From NCBI GenBank assembly GCA_001643675.2, contig LSRY02000042.1, forward strand, positions 496,001 to 560,000: a DNA stretch of 64,000 nucleotides, in the 5' to 3' direction. Both the position numbers and the translations under genes were made by a program. How positions within the stretch are numbered: the stretch's first letter is position 1; every line of letters starts with the position of its first letter. The DNA comes from Monocercomonoides exilis PA203 (taxonomy: Eukaryota; Protista; Preaxostyla). The notes below the pieces were generated by a model, which was given only the letters and a program-made list of their open reading frames with translations, ran no database searches and was not told the DNA's origin. Shown here in pieces: positions 54,701-64,000 of this stretch.

Positions 54701-54946
54701 AATGAAAATGAATATGAAGAAGAAGAAGAAAGAGAGAAAGAGAAGAAGAAAGGGAAAAAAAGAAAGAAAGCGAAAAAATCAACACATTTAAAAGAGAATG
54801 ATGAATTGGAAAGTGAAAAAGAAGAAGAAGAGAAGGAAGAAAATGAAGAAGAAGAAGAAGAAAAGCAGGAAAAAAAGAAGAAGAAAAAGAAAAAGAAGAA
54901 GAAATCAAAGAAGAATGAAGGAAATGAGGAGGAAGAAGAAAAATGA
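51776..54946 (+). CDS. Type I membrane/surface protein with two ~375-aa beta-rich repeats, TM helix and highly charged cytoplasmic tail
   Basis: Signal peptide MFWGLILFQIVISIYS; repeats begin VFVKQSG (~51855) and AFVKNGG (~52991) and share EG..SDG.GNAEV.IDC.V, EFK.LAF..PT and SL.ISNCRF.R; TM WWIIVIVVGVVAVVAVVCVILIV followed by KKRKKK. Confidence 0.8.
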   Translation: MFWGLILFQIVISIYSLDDPSQPITTVFVKQSGNNSNNGLDIGQERQSLLLAYILLSNEAVCNIKFVEDENPFPAEVLTANKKTKITLEGWKSDGSGNAEVEIDCEVHEGLVLFNCYCDAEFKWLAFHIPTTLDKKGVEKFGPLSLINAQRTSLTISNCRFIRPAGGSVVDYRLVDANGGSLTMESVECADEENTFSTMREVFFASDCETVILSNLNLKKIDIVRPNEKIFAEAVVDVYSYSTDIKTDLTLKGSTFSEIKSASMVFVFKTYNKDSTFTVGDGGVTTFSSCHTDYQYGSGVLCLRMTAITSVSQIKWPEDGRNLIFDKCTFGAGKSKRSTGLLLIMANDSLFEDLAAEMKKSFAANYNRRDNLWNIVGTDNNMIYECDFVSTYYDPPLSKPENMTKAFVKNGGKGNGISVELAAYSLKDAYNFLEKSVKCIIETVKTEDPLPAEAITFDVGNGIIIEGVNSDGKGNAEVAIDCDVSASSALFTCEKEVEFKSLAFNFPTSGKKWDSLIFGNELSTSLSISNCRFVRIGAQSSTGGGIGTCVDGDGSVAGNLVKVVSGKVTLNNVSCADDSICVSFSISPFYFEGVNEISLNGVEVSNVNVQNGAAITIEDGESTPTTVSIEGLSMKEVNSENGDVAGLEISLVSEESTVAIGRNDKCSFKSCSAPNGKVGAIFIEMPKAASNIQLPAANNLEIDSSNTAGSQSSSLFIIAPDFDEFCKREDAFEFANDYGNSTAGWIAGAKDEESEPEDAYEKYLKEQKDKPKEDESKEEKESEGREGNGEEKKPFAWWIIVIVVGVVAVVAVVCVILIVTTTKKRKKKTFSKKQQILVEEEEDGYEGKEGGEEEREREREREEGENKIAKNRVKEDNSNSNENASFIQHLNNTTHENNKSNRHLQKDERKEGISSEFIEEAVNQILSSSSSVLNEEELQANKMNANLKEFVTEANTFSLQSNKQNEETRMKDEEINENEYEEEEEREKEKKKGKKRKKAKKSTHLKENDELESEKEEEEKEENEEEEEEKQEKKKKKKKKKKKSKKNEGNEEEEEK

Positions 54947-55057
54947 AGAGCAAAATGGCAAAATTTTTGAACAAAAACAAATTGAATGAGATGGAATAAG
55001 AAAGAAAGAAAGAAGGAGAAAGAGAGAAAGAGAGAAAGACAAAGAGAGAAGAGAGAA

Positions 55058-55060
<3 letters not shown>

Positions 55061-55138
<78 letters not shown>

Positions 55139-55140
55139 AA
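55061..55140. repeat. (GAAA)n microsatellite
   Basis: Direct observation. Confidence 0.9.
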
Positions 55141-56349
55141 AATAGAGAAAGATTTGAAGAAAAGATGATTTTTCTGGAAATTAATAAAGAAATTGATAGA
55201 AATTGAAAGATTCCATAAAAAGAAGGGAAGAAGAGAAGAAAAGAAAAGAAAAATGTTAGAAGAATTGAATTTATATTGAAAAAAGGCATAAATCAGAAGA
55301 AATTTCATCTGAAGAACAAAAACAAGAATAAACACACACACAAAAAATAGATTATTGTTATTATTATCTTATCACACTATCTTTCTTATCTTATCTTATC
55401 TTATCTTATCTTAATTTTATTTCATAATTTTATTTAAACATTTTCTTTCTGAGAATACGTGATGCTTCTCCTTTTTGATTATTTTCTTATTTTCAAAAGA
55501 AAACATCAACTTCTTCTTTTTCTTTTTCTTTTTCTTCTTCTTTTCTTCCATTTTTTTTCTAAATGATTTTTCTCATTGAAATATCAACTGATTTTCTTTG
55601 AGGAATCTCTTCATTATGCTTGTATTGAAACGAATAATTTTTTTGAGTTTTAATTTCTTTTTCTTCTTTTTCTTATTCTTTTTCTTATTCTTTTTCTTCT
55701 CTCTTCGTGCTTTTTAAAACTAATTAGCACCTTTATGCTTCCATTTTTTAATGAAAGTTGAGAATTATTTTCTCAATTAATTTGTTTGAAATTGCACTTT
55801 TTTTTAAAAAAAATCCATTGAATGACTTTCTTAATTATCCTTCTGTGTAATTCGTCTATTTCTTTTTGTTTTATGTTTTTTGGTCTTTTCTTTTCTTTTT
55901 GAAATTCATTGAATTTTTAAAAAAGAAAATAACAAAGGTTATTTTTCACCACTATTACTATTTATTCAATTAAAGAAAAGTTTTCTTTGATTGTTGAATA
56001 AGTTGTGAAGCAACTTTCTTGAAGATAATTGGAAAATAGAGATGTTTATCGTGTTGTTTTTCATTGCCTTAGTTCAATAATATTAAAAACTGTTTGTATT
56101 TTATTGTCATTCTTTCGTTTTGGAGTTTCTTTTAAATAATAAAAGACTGTAAATCTTGAAATTTCATTAAAGTATATATTTTTATTTTATTTTCTCCAAT
56201 TGAAAAAAAAATGGAACAGAATTAAAACAAAAAGAGTTAGATTTTTCTTTTTCTTGTGAAAAGCGCTTATTTTATGATATTTAATTTAGAAATAATCAAA
56301 TATATTCCCCGCTTCCTCCTGATTCTCCCAATAAAAAAACCCTTTCTCT

Positions 56350-57840
56350 CATTCTTTCTTCCATTTCTTTGGATCCTTTAGATGCACCTCCCCTTCTCCT
56401 TCTGAATGAAATCTGTTGTTTGTCTCATCCAAAATAGCATTTCCACTGTTCTTTTGTGTAATTCTTTTGATTCTTTCTTCCTTCGTCTTTGCGTTATTCT
56501 TTCTTTTTATCCTCATTTCTTTCTCTTTCTTCTTCTTCTTCTCCAATTTCTTTCTTTCTCTGTTCATCAAAAGAGAACGCAAAGCTTATTTTCCTATTTT
56601 TCGAATGAAATTCCTCAGATTTTTTCTTCAGCTTATCAAAATGACATATTTCTTTCCTCTTCTCTTCAGCTTCTATTTGAAGAATTAAAAGACAGTTCAA
56701 TTAGAAGAAGAAGAAGAAGAAGAAGAAGAAGAAGAAGAAGAAGAAGAAGAAGAAGAAGAATTTTTGAATGTTGTTTTCGATGCCTGCAAGGTGTTCATCA
56801 CAAAGCAGCTCAAATGCAGAAAAGCTGTGAATTTTTCATCTGAAAACGATGTTGATATAAAAATGATGGATTGTTGAGACATTCGAAAAGAGGTCCTTTC
56901 ATTCTTTAACACATTTTCATCACACTTATATTGCTGAAGCAAAGGGGGAGAGTCTCTGAATAGCCTGATGAACTCCTCATTTCCACAAGAGCATCTTCCT
57001 TGAGAAAACAAATGTTTTTGCCATTCATCTTCGTTCTGATGGAGCAGAAGCTGAAATGTCGGCCAATTCCTTTCATATCGATAATATCAAAGCTTTTGGT
57101 CTCTGAATAATAATAATTATTATTTATGTATTTTTTTCATTGCTCCTTTGCAACAGAGTCGTCTTTGAAAAATTCCTTTTCCAATCTCTTTTCATCCGAA
57201 GCAAATGTATTTTGCAACCAATAATGCTCAATCATTCAAATTGAAAAGGATGAGCAAAACGCATTGTTGAACTCTTATCAACCGCAAAGCCAGGCAGCTT
57301 GGCCAGTGCGAAACCAATTTTAATCGTGTTGCTTCAAATAATCCATTTTTTGATGGCCCATGATGCTTTTGCAATTGAACCGTCCAACCTTGTTCCTTCG
57401 TCATTCGATTGGCTTTTTTGTAAAGAATTGTAAATTATTTTTTGCTTGTATTGTCCATTTCTATTTTGGCATTTTACACTTCTTTTGTCTTCAGCAATCA
57501 CTTCAATCCTTTTCAATGAAATCAGAAACTGTAAAATAAAACAACAAACGAGACCCTTCAGGAATGAAAACATTAGCTGTTCTTTGGTTTTTGACAAAAG
57601 AATCAATAACTCAAAAAAGTCATGAAACTCTTCTTCACAATCCTTTTGCTTGATTGCAGTTATTTTCTTCCATCGATTTTCATTTCCATATCATAAATTA
57701 ATTCTGTTCCAAAAGGGGAAGAAATCAATTTCATGGAGCATCATGAATCGAATAACAATTCTCCATTTGTTTTTGATGAATTTCTGTTGGTTTGATCAAC
57801 AAAAAACAAAAAACTGGTTTTTCTTGCCTCACTCAGCCAT
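56350..57840 (-). pseudogene. Decayed gene of unknown family, containing a (GAA)n tract at 56703-56759
   Basis: Coding-like segments (NWPTFQLLLHQNEDEWQKHLFSQGRCSCGNEEFIRLFRD...) broken by stops and frameshifts. Confidence 0.3.
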
Positions 57841-58015
57841 ATCAGGCTGCTTTCATAGAAATCGTTTCCAAATCTTTATTTAAAAGGTAAAACAATTGGG
57901 ATAGATACAGTAACCTTCTCAATTTGTGGATCATCATCGATGTTTGATATTTATTTGATTTTACTTTATTATAAGGGATATTCTTTGCTAATAGATTGCA
58001 CTTTAAATAAACAGA

Positions 58016-59443
58016 ATGGAAGAATTCATTGATGGTAAAACCGAAGACGGAAATCGAGAGATGGCCCCAAATGAAAAGTTTTCAAGTTTGTTCATTTTAA
58101 CAGACTTTTTTTGAAAGCACAATGGCTTTTATCATTGGAATAAAATTTTTTTCTTTAGAATTACTTGAGGAATTGAAAAATTGCAGCGTTACAGAACAAA
58201 AAATGAAAATTGAAGAAATGAACAGATTGATTGATGAAATGAATAAAGAGGAAATTGAACATGTTTACACAACAGAACTGTTCAACAAAATCTATCAAAT
58301 GATTGAAGAAGAGAAACTGACGATGGAAAATGCAATCTTGCTGTTGAAACACATGGGATATTGCAACATTTTGAAAAGCATATACGTTGAGGACTTTTTC
58401 TTTTCTTCATTAAGCGGAAGATTTGAGGAGATGATTGTTGATGAAGAACAGAAAAAAGAAGGAAATGACGAAAAGCTTTTTATCGACCTCGTTGAATGTT
58501 ATCTTTTGCTTGGTAACCGGATGTCTGTGGATCTACATCACATCTGTGTTCCTTGCCTTATAAAAGTTGCATTTAAGAAAGAGGAAGATGAGGAAACGCA
58601 AAAAGAAGTGGAAATGGCGCTGCTGGCTTTGAGCAATGCTGGATATGAGGTTTGAGAACCTTTTTCGATTTTGATATTAATGCATATTTTTCTGATTTTT
58701 ATAAGGCAGTTGAACAAAAATTGCATCTGAATGAGATCAAAACGATCATCGAATATCATCAGGAGCATCACAACCTCACCCGACTTGCCTATCAATTAGC
58801 TTGGTCATATTTGATATGCAAATCTAATAACTACAAAAATCTGGAAGATGTTGTTGTAAATGAACTGCATTTCGCAAGAGAAGCAGCAAAAGAACTGGAA
58901 GAACTGTCAAAGTGTGTGGATTGGAAGAGAAAAGAAGAAAGGACGGGGAAAACAGAAAGGAAAACAATGGATATTATTTCGAGGTGGATCGGCTTTATTC
59001 ATCATTTCTTTTACAGATTTCATTTGGAGAATGAAGAAAATGTTGGACTTTTTAGCTGCCTTGTTAATGTGTTTCGAGCATCAAGAGATAATCACGATGA
59101 AATAGGCAAGAAATGCGTGATTTTATTTTATGAATCAGCAAATAATTTGACCGTGGAAGTTGATGACTTGCTGAAAAGTGGTGCCATTGATGTAATTTTG
59201 GAGGAGTTACATCGACCAACGTTGAATAAAGGTTTGGCATTTGAAAGCTTGAAATTTTTTTATAGGCTTTCATTGCGTTTCAAAGGAAAGGAAGATGATG
59301 AAATAAAAGAAGCGAAAAGAAAAGAGTTGAAAAGGAAAATGCTTGAAAAAATGGAAGAAAAGGGAGTTGAAGATAACATTATTAACTTTCAAAAATCGTT
59401 GAAATTCTTATATGCTAAAGATGACGGATTCTTTCATGTTTGA
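58016..59443 (+). CDS. Lineage-specific helical family copy 3 (3 exons)
   Basis: MEEFIDG...NEKFS|KLLEELKNCS...MENAILLLKH...EVEMALLALSNAGYE|AVEQKLHLNEIK..IEYHQEHHNLT...KMEEKGVED; same two intron positions as copy 2; C-terminus slightly divergent. Confidence 0.75.
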
Positions 59444-60019
59444 ATATTTCACACCTTCTTTTAAAGGCTTGAGGAAACGAAAAGCTTTGTATTTTGCAAC
59501 ACAAAAAAATTTTTTTTCTTTCTTCAACATTTCATAAATAACTGAAAACAACCGAATATTATTTTCTCCGTATACACACATTATTGTTTGTTCGTTTCTT
59601 GTCATTTAATTGACAAATATCTCAAAAAGTGAAAAAATTAACAATAAAATTGGAAGTTCATTAATCCATTTTTAAATGATAAATTTAAAGGTTATTTTTT
59701 TTTTTCACGATTTATTGTTTTTTCAGGATGAAAATGAAATTTGTCTTTTCATCTTGAAAAAAATGTTTCTGATAAAAAGAAGAATGAATTAACTAAAATT
59801 CCTAATTCATATTGCACTAATATTTTATCCCTTTGACATATTTTTCAAACAAAAGCCAATTCTTTTGAAAATTATTAACGGTTGTTTCATTCCCTTTTGC
59901 AGAATTCTCTGTTAAAAAAAGCCACATAAAGTTCTTCAAAAGATAGTATTCCATTTTGCGAAATGATGAAAAAATATTAAAACACATTTGAGTTGCAAAA
60001 TAAATAACAAATCATTTTC

Positions 60020-61341
60020 TCAAACATAAACAAAATAATCAAAAATACTCAACGAAAGTTGATAACCAATATTTAAAAAAAACAATTTTTTATGAAAGCT
60101 ATTGAAGATATCTTCGTATCCTTCTTCTTCCATCTTTTCAAAAACCTTCTTTTTCATTGACTTTCTTTCCTCTTCTTCCCTTTCATCTTTATTCTTTTGT
60201 TTCAATTTCCTTGAAACATTCATAAAGAAGTGAAAGCATTCATTTGTCCTGCCTTCATTCAATGTTTGTTGCTGAAATTCCTCCAAAACAGCATCAATTG
60301 CTCCTCCTTTGAACAATTCTTCAACTTTCACAACTCTATTTTCTGCTGCATTTCTCAAGGGATGAATGCATTGATTGCTAATTTCTTTGTTATTTTCTCT
60401 TGCTGCTCGACACACATGAGCAACGCTGCCTATAAGCTCAGCAAAGTCTTCATTCCACAATTTGCAATGGCGAAAATAAAGCCACAATGTTTTTATCCAT
60501 TTCATTAAAAGAAGTTCTTCTTTCGTTTCTTTTCCTCCTTTCCATCCTTCTTTTCTCTTCCCATCAACACATTTCGAGAGTTCTTCCAGTTCTTTTGCTG
60601 CCTCCCTACAGAAATGCAGTTCATTCACAATAACATGTTCAAGACTATGATCGAAGAAAAATCGGTCTATCAAAAACTCCCAAGCTGATTGATTGGAAAG
60701 TTGAGTGAGATTGTGATGCTCCTGATGATATTCGATGATCTCCTTGATCTCATTGATATACAGTTCTTTTAGCATATTCTAATAAGAATTAAAAAAATAA
60801 CAAATAACACTAAAAAGGAAATAGCAATGCCCATACGATACTCCAAAAATTGCCCAAAGCCAGTAAAGCCATTTCCACTTCTTTTTGTGATTCCTCACTT
60901 TCTTCTTTCTTCAAGTCAACTTTCAGAAGAAATGGTACAATTATTGAAGACATTTCAGATGAAGGCCATCTGTTCAACAACAAATAGCATTCGCAGAGAT
61001 CAACCAGAAGCTTTTCCTTCCTTTTTTTCTATCATCATCTTTTCTTCAATGATCATTTCCTGAAATCGATCGCTCAAAAAAGAATAATTAAATGCAAAAT
61101 CACAAAAGTAATTCAGCATTTGGCAATATCCAACATGTTTCAACAACAAAATTGCATTTTCCCATGATAATATCTTTTCTTCAATCATTTTGTCCATTTC
61201 ATTGAACCACTCTTTTGTGAAAACAGACTTGAATTCTTCTTTGCCCATCTCTTCCATTAGTTCATTCATTTCTTCAATTTTCTCTCTTTGCTCATCTGTT
61301 GAGCAATGTTCAAGCTCACAAAGCAATTCTTCAAAAGGCAT
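60020..61341 (-). pseudogene. Lineage-specific helical family copy 4, frameshifted
   Basis: EELLCELEHCS...WENAILLLKHVGY; frameshift in an A-rich run near 61020 before EKLLVDLCECYLLL...EVEMALLAL; last exon ends KMEEEGYED...IFDYFVYV. Confidence 0.75.
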
Positions 61342-61577
61342 TCAAAAAATTCAAAAATTTGTTCAAAATTTGTTTTTATCTCAAAAAAATAAAAATGATA
61401 TGCAAGAATCGATGATGATGGAGCAAAACAAAAAGTCTTCATACAAACGATTTAATTTTTGCTTAATAAAAAGAAATGAAAAAGATATTGCGAAGAAGCC
61501 TCAAGGATTAGCTTGTGAAAGCAAAAAAGAAAAGCCTTTGTTTTTTGATCATAACCAACATATTATTTATATTATAT

Positions 61578-61579
<2 letters not shown>

Positions 61580-61633
<54 letters not shown>
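61580..61633. repeat. poly(T) tract
   Basis: About 54 consecutive T. Confidence 0.9.
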
Positions 61634-61635
<2 letters not shown>

Positions 61636-62173
61636 GCTGTTGAAAGAGCCAGGGATAAGATATTTTTGAAGAAGAAAAAGAAAAGCAGGGAAGGAAAAAT
61701 AAAGACTGACAGATGAAATTCAAGATAATTCAAAGATGACTGGGATTAGGGTTTGATGATGAAAAATTTCGAGGAAAGAAGATTCTTGTGAAAAAAGGAA
61801 ATTGAAGGCTAGAAATGTGGAAAGAGAGAAAAAGAAAAGACAATTTGACACATGTTCTCTCACTTTTTGTTGGAAAGATAAAGAGGATAGAGTTGAAAGA
61901 GAAAGGGATTTTGAGGCAATTGCCCAGTGGAAAAAGGCACAGAATGAAAATGCAAAAGCCTGAAAGAGAGATCTTCAACAAAGCTATCTGTTTTCAATAA
62001 TTATTACTCATTTTCGTTAATTTCTTCCTTCAATCATCTCATTCAATTCAAATATCATTAATACCATCATCATCTGTTTCTTCTTCAATTCTTTCTCTTC
62101 CATTTCTTTTATTTATCCATTTTCAGCTTCTTCAACATAGTCCGCGCTCCGAACAGCTCCATTTTCCCTATCT

Positions 62174-63238
62174 TTGAGAAAGCTAGAGAAGAAAACATCA
62201 AGGGATGAGTTGTATTCATTGCCAACATCACCTGCGATTGACTCTTCTGATGCGTCAGCGGAAGAGGAGTCATACACGTCTTCATCAATGATGGGCGGCG
62301 TCGAGAGGTGGATGCGTATTGTGGTGCTTGAGGCGGCTGGTGAGTATGCACGGCACATGCTGCTGTCTCTGCAGCTGCTGCGGGGATATGATGTGGCGCT
62401 TTCAGCGATGCTTTCGGTTTCGCTGGTGGAGCCGCTTCATTCACTTGTAGCGTCGGTGTGCACGAAGTCGTGGAGAAAGCGAACCTTTGCGGAAGCAGAT
62501 GTGACTGCGTTCCAACCGATCTTAGATCTGTTTGACCCGTCGCTGCAGATATGGCGATCGCTGCAGTCGAGACGTGAAGTGGTGAAGTTGGAAGAGAAAG
62601 TGATGGAGTGAGGGGTTGCAGTGTGCGAAGTTTGGTAGATTGTGGAGAAGGTGCTGGAGGCTGTGAGATTGAGGATGGAGGATGCGGTTCTGTCTCCAGC
62701 AGCGATTGCGCTGGCTGTGTTGGAGGAACGGGAAGAAGCAGAGGCAGGAAAAGGGGGAGGCAAAGAGGGAGAAGAAAAGGGAGAAAAAGAGGGAAAAGAA
62801 GATGAAGCGAGAGAAGGAGGTGATAGGAACGAGGAGAAAGGCGGGTTTCTGACAGCGCACAGAGAGTTTGTTGAGAGAATCAAAGAGAACCAGGGGAATC
62901 TGAAAGAAGCAATGGTTCAGCCGGTTGTGGAGGAGCTTGGGCTGAGTGGGCTGAGGTTTGTGAAGGTTGACGCTGAGGTGGGTGTAGACAAGTTGCATTC
63001 AGTTGAACCAGAAGTGTGCAGCACTTCTCCATCCACTGGCATTCAACAGGAAAACAGGAGAGCAGAAGAAGAAATAGCAGATGGGTCTTTGGGCATTACT
63101 TCAGATGGAAGCGCAGGTGGAGTGTGGAAAGATGTGGAAAAGGTGCAAATGAAGACAAATGGTTTTGCAATAAACGAGGAACAATACATAACCGTTGAAG
63201 AAGCAGAGGGAGAATATTGTTTGATTTGTATGGAGTGA
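62174..63238 (+). pseudogene. Disrupted gene, unknown helical product ending in an aborted CxxC (possible RING start)
   Basis: ORFs 62174-62611 and 62642-63238 are in the same frame, separated by TGA and TAG; GC-rich coding-like composition; ends YCLICME*. Confidence 0.45.
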
Positions 63239-63352
63239 TAAGAAGAGGAAGAGGAAAAGAAAGAGGAAAAAAAAGAAGAAACAGAAGAGGAGAAGAAGGA
63301 AATGAAAGAAATTTTGGATGGGATGAAGAAGACGCTAAAGAGAATAGAAGAA

Positions 63353-63383
<31 letters not shown>

Positions 63384-64000
63384 AAGATAAGGGTTATGAA
63401 GGTGGAGCAATTGAGAATTGTGAAATGAATTTAATCCTTTTTTAAAGATGTTGATGATAGCTTGAGTGATGTCGATTGATATAAATATATCATTCGATGA
63501 GTTGATTTCAGAAGAAATAAATAATCTTTATCACAAAATTGGTGAAAGGGAGAGAGATACAAACAGATGAAGAAGGAAGTCCACAAATCATCGACTGCCT
63601 TTGTGTGGTTGAACAGCTTTTCCCTCAGAAAAAGGATGATTGTGTTTGTCCAATGATGTCAACAATTCAAGTGAACTTCATGTATGATGAGGATTTTGGC
63701 AGAGAAGAAGACGTTGACGATTGAAGAAGTTGACTTCAATTGCAAAATTTTCAAAGGCAAGGAGAAGAAAATAAAGAATTTCATGATTATGTGATTGATG
63801 TGTCGATTCTGGCAATGAACATCATTTATTGAAGTGAGACTGTTGAGAAAGATAAGGAAGGTGAAGAAAAATAGAAGATGTCAGCTTTTCCAAGTCACGT
63901 AGGGCGAAAGAAAAAGATGAATTTGTTGTGGATGAAAATGCTCAGAAAGCTCATCAGCTTTGGTGAAAGAGTCGCTTCTGCGGAATACTCTCAACAAATA

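Overview
Eukaryotic, AT-rich genomic DNA with short GT-AG introns and many microsatellites. The gene style (very large Ser/Gln-rich ORFs, a repeated 'EELF.EL...MENAILLLK...EVEMALLAL...MEEEGYED' family, GGG/GGA-repeat surface proteins, a TmcB-like membrane protein) points by inference to an oxymonad such as Monocercomonoides using the standard genetic code. Recognisable genes: a decayed DUF2009/UPF0652 gene, a divergent Rab7-like GTPase, a minimal PP4R2, a TPM-domain/TM/RING-H2 protein, a TmcB-like protein ending in a degenerate hemerythrin domain, a type I surface protein, four copies of a lineage-specific helical family, and two very large low-complexity genes. Mobile DNA: a pogo/DDE_1 transposase remnant with an adjacent MITE-like inverted repeat, a ~1 kb foldback element, and a 2.4 kb non-autonomous element (48248-50668). 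The last is the most notable feature: perfect 188-bp TIRs, an 8-bp target-site duplication, a captured host surface-protein gene fragment (Pack-MULE-like), and an empty paralogous site visible near 31.3 kb. Most short ORFs in the supplied track are microsatellite or antisense artefacts. All domain calls come from motif recognition by eye, not from searches.
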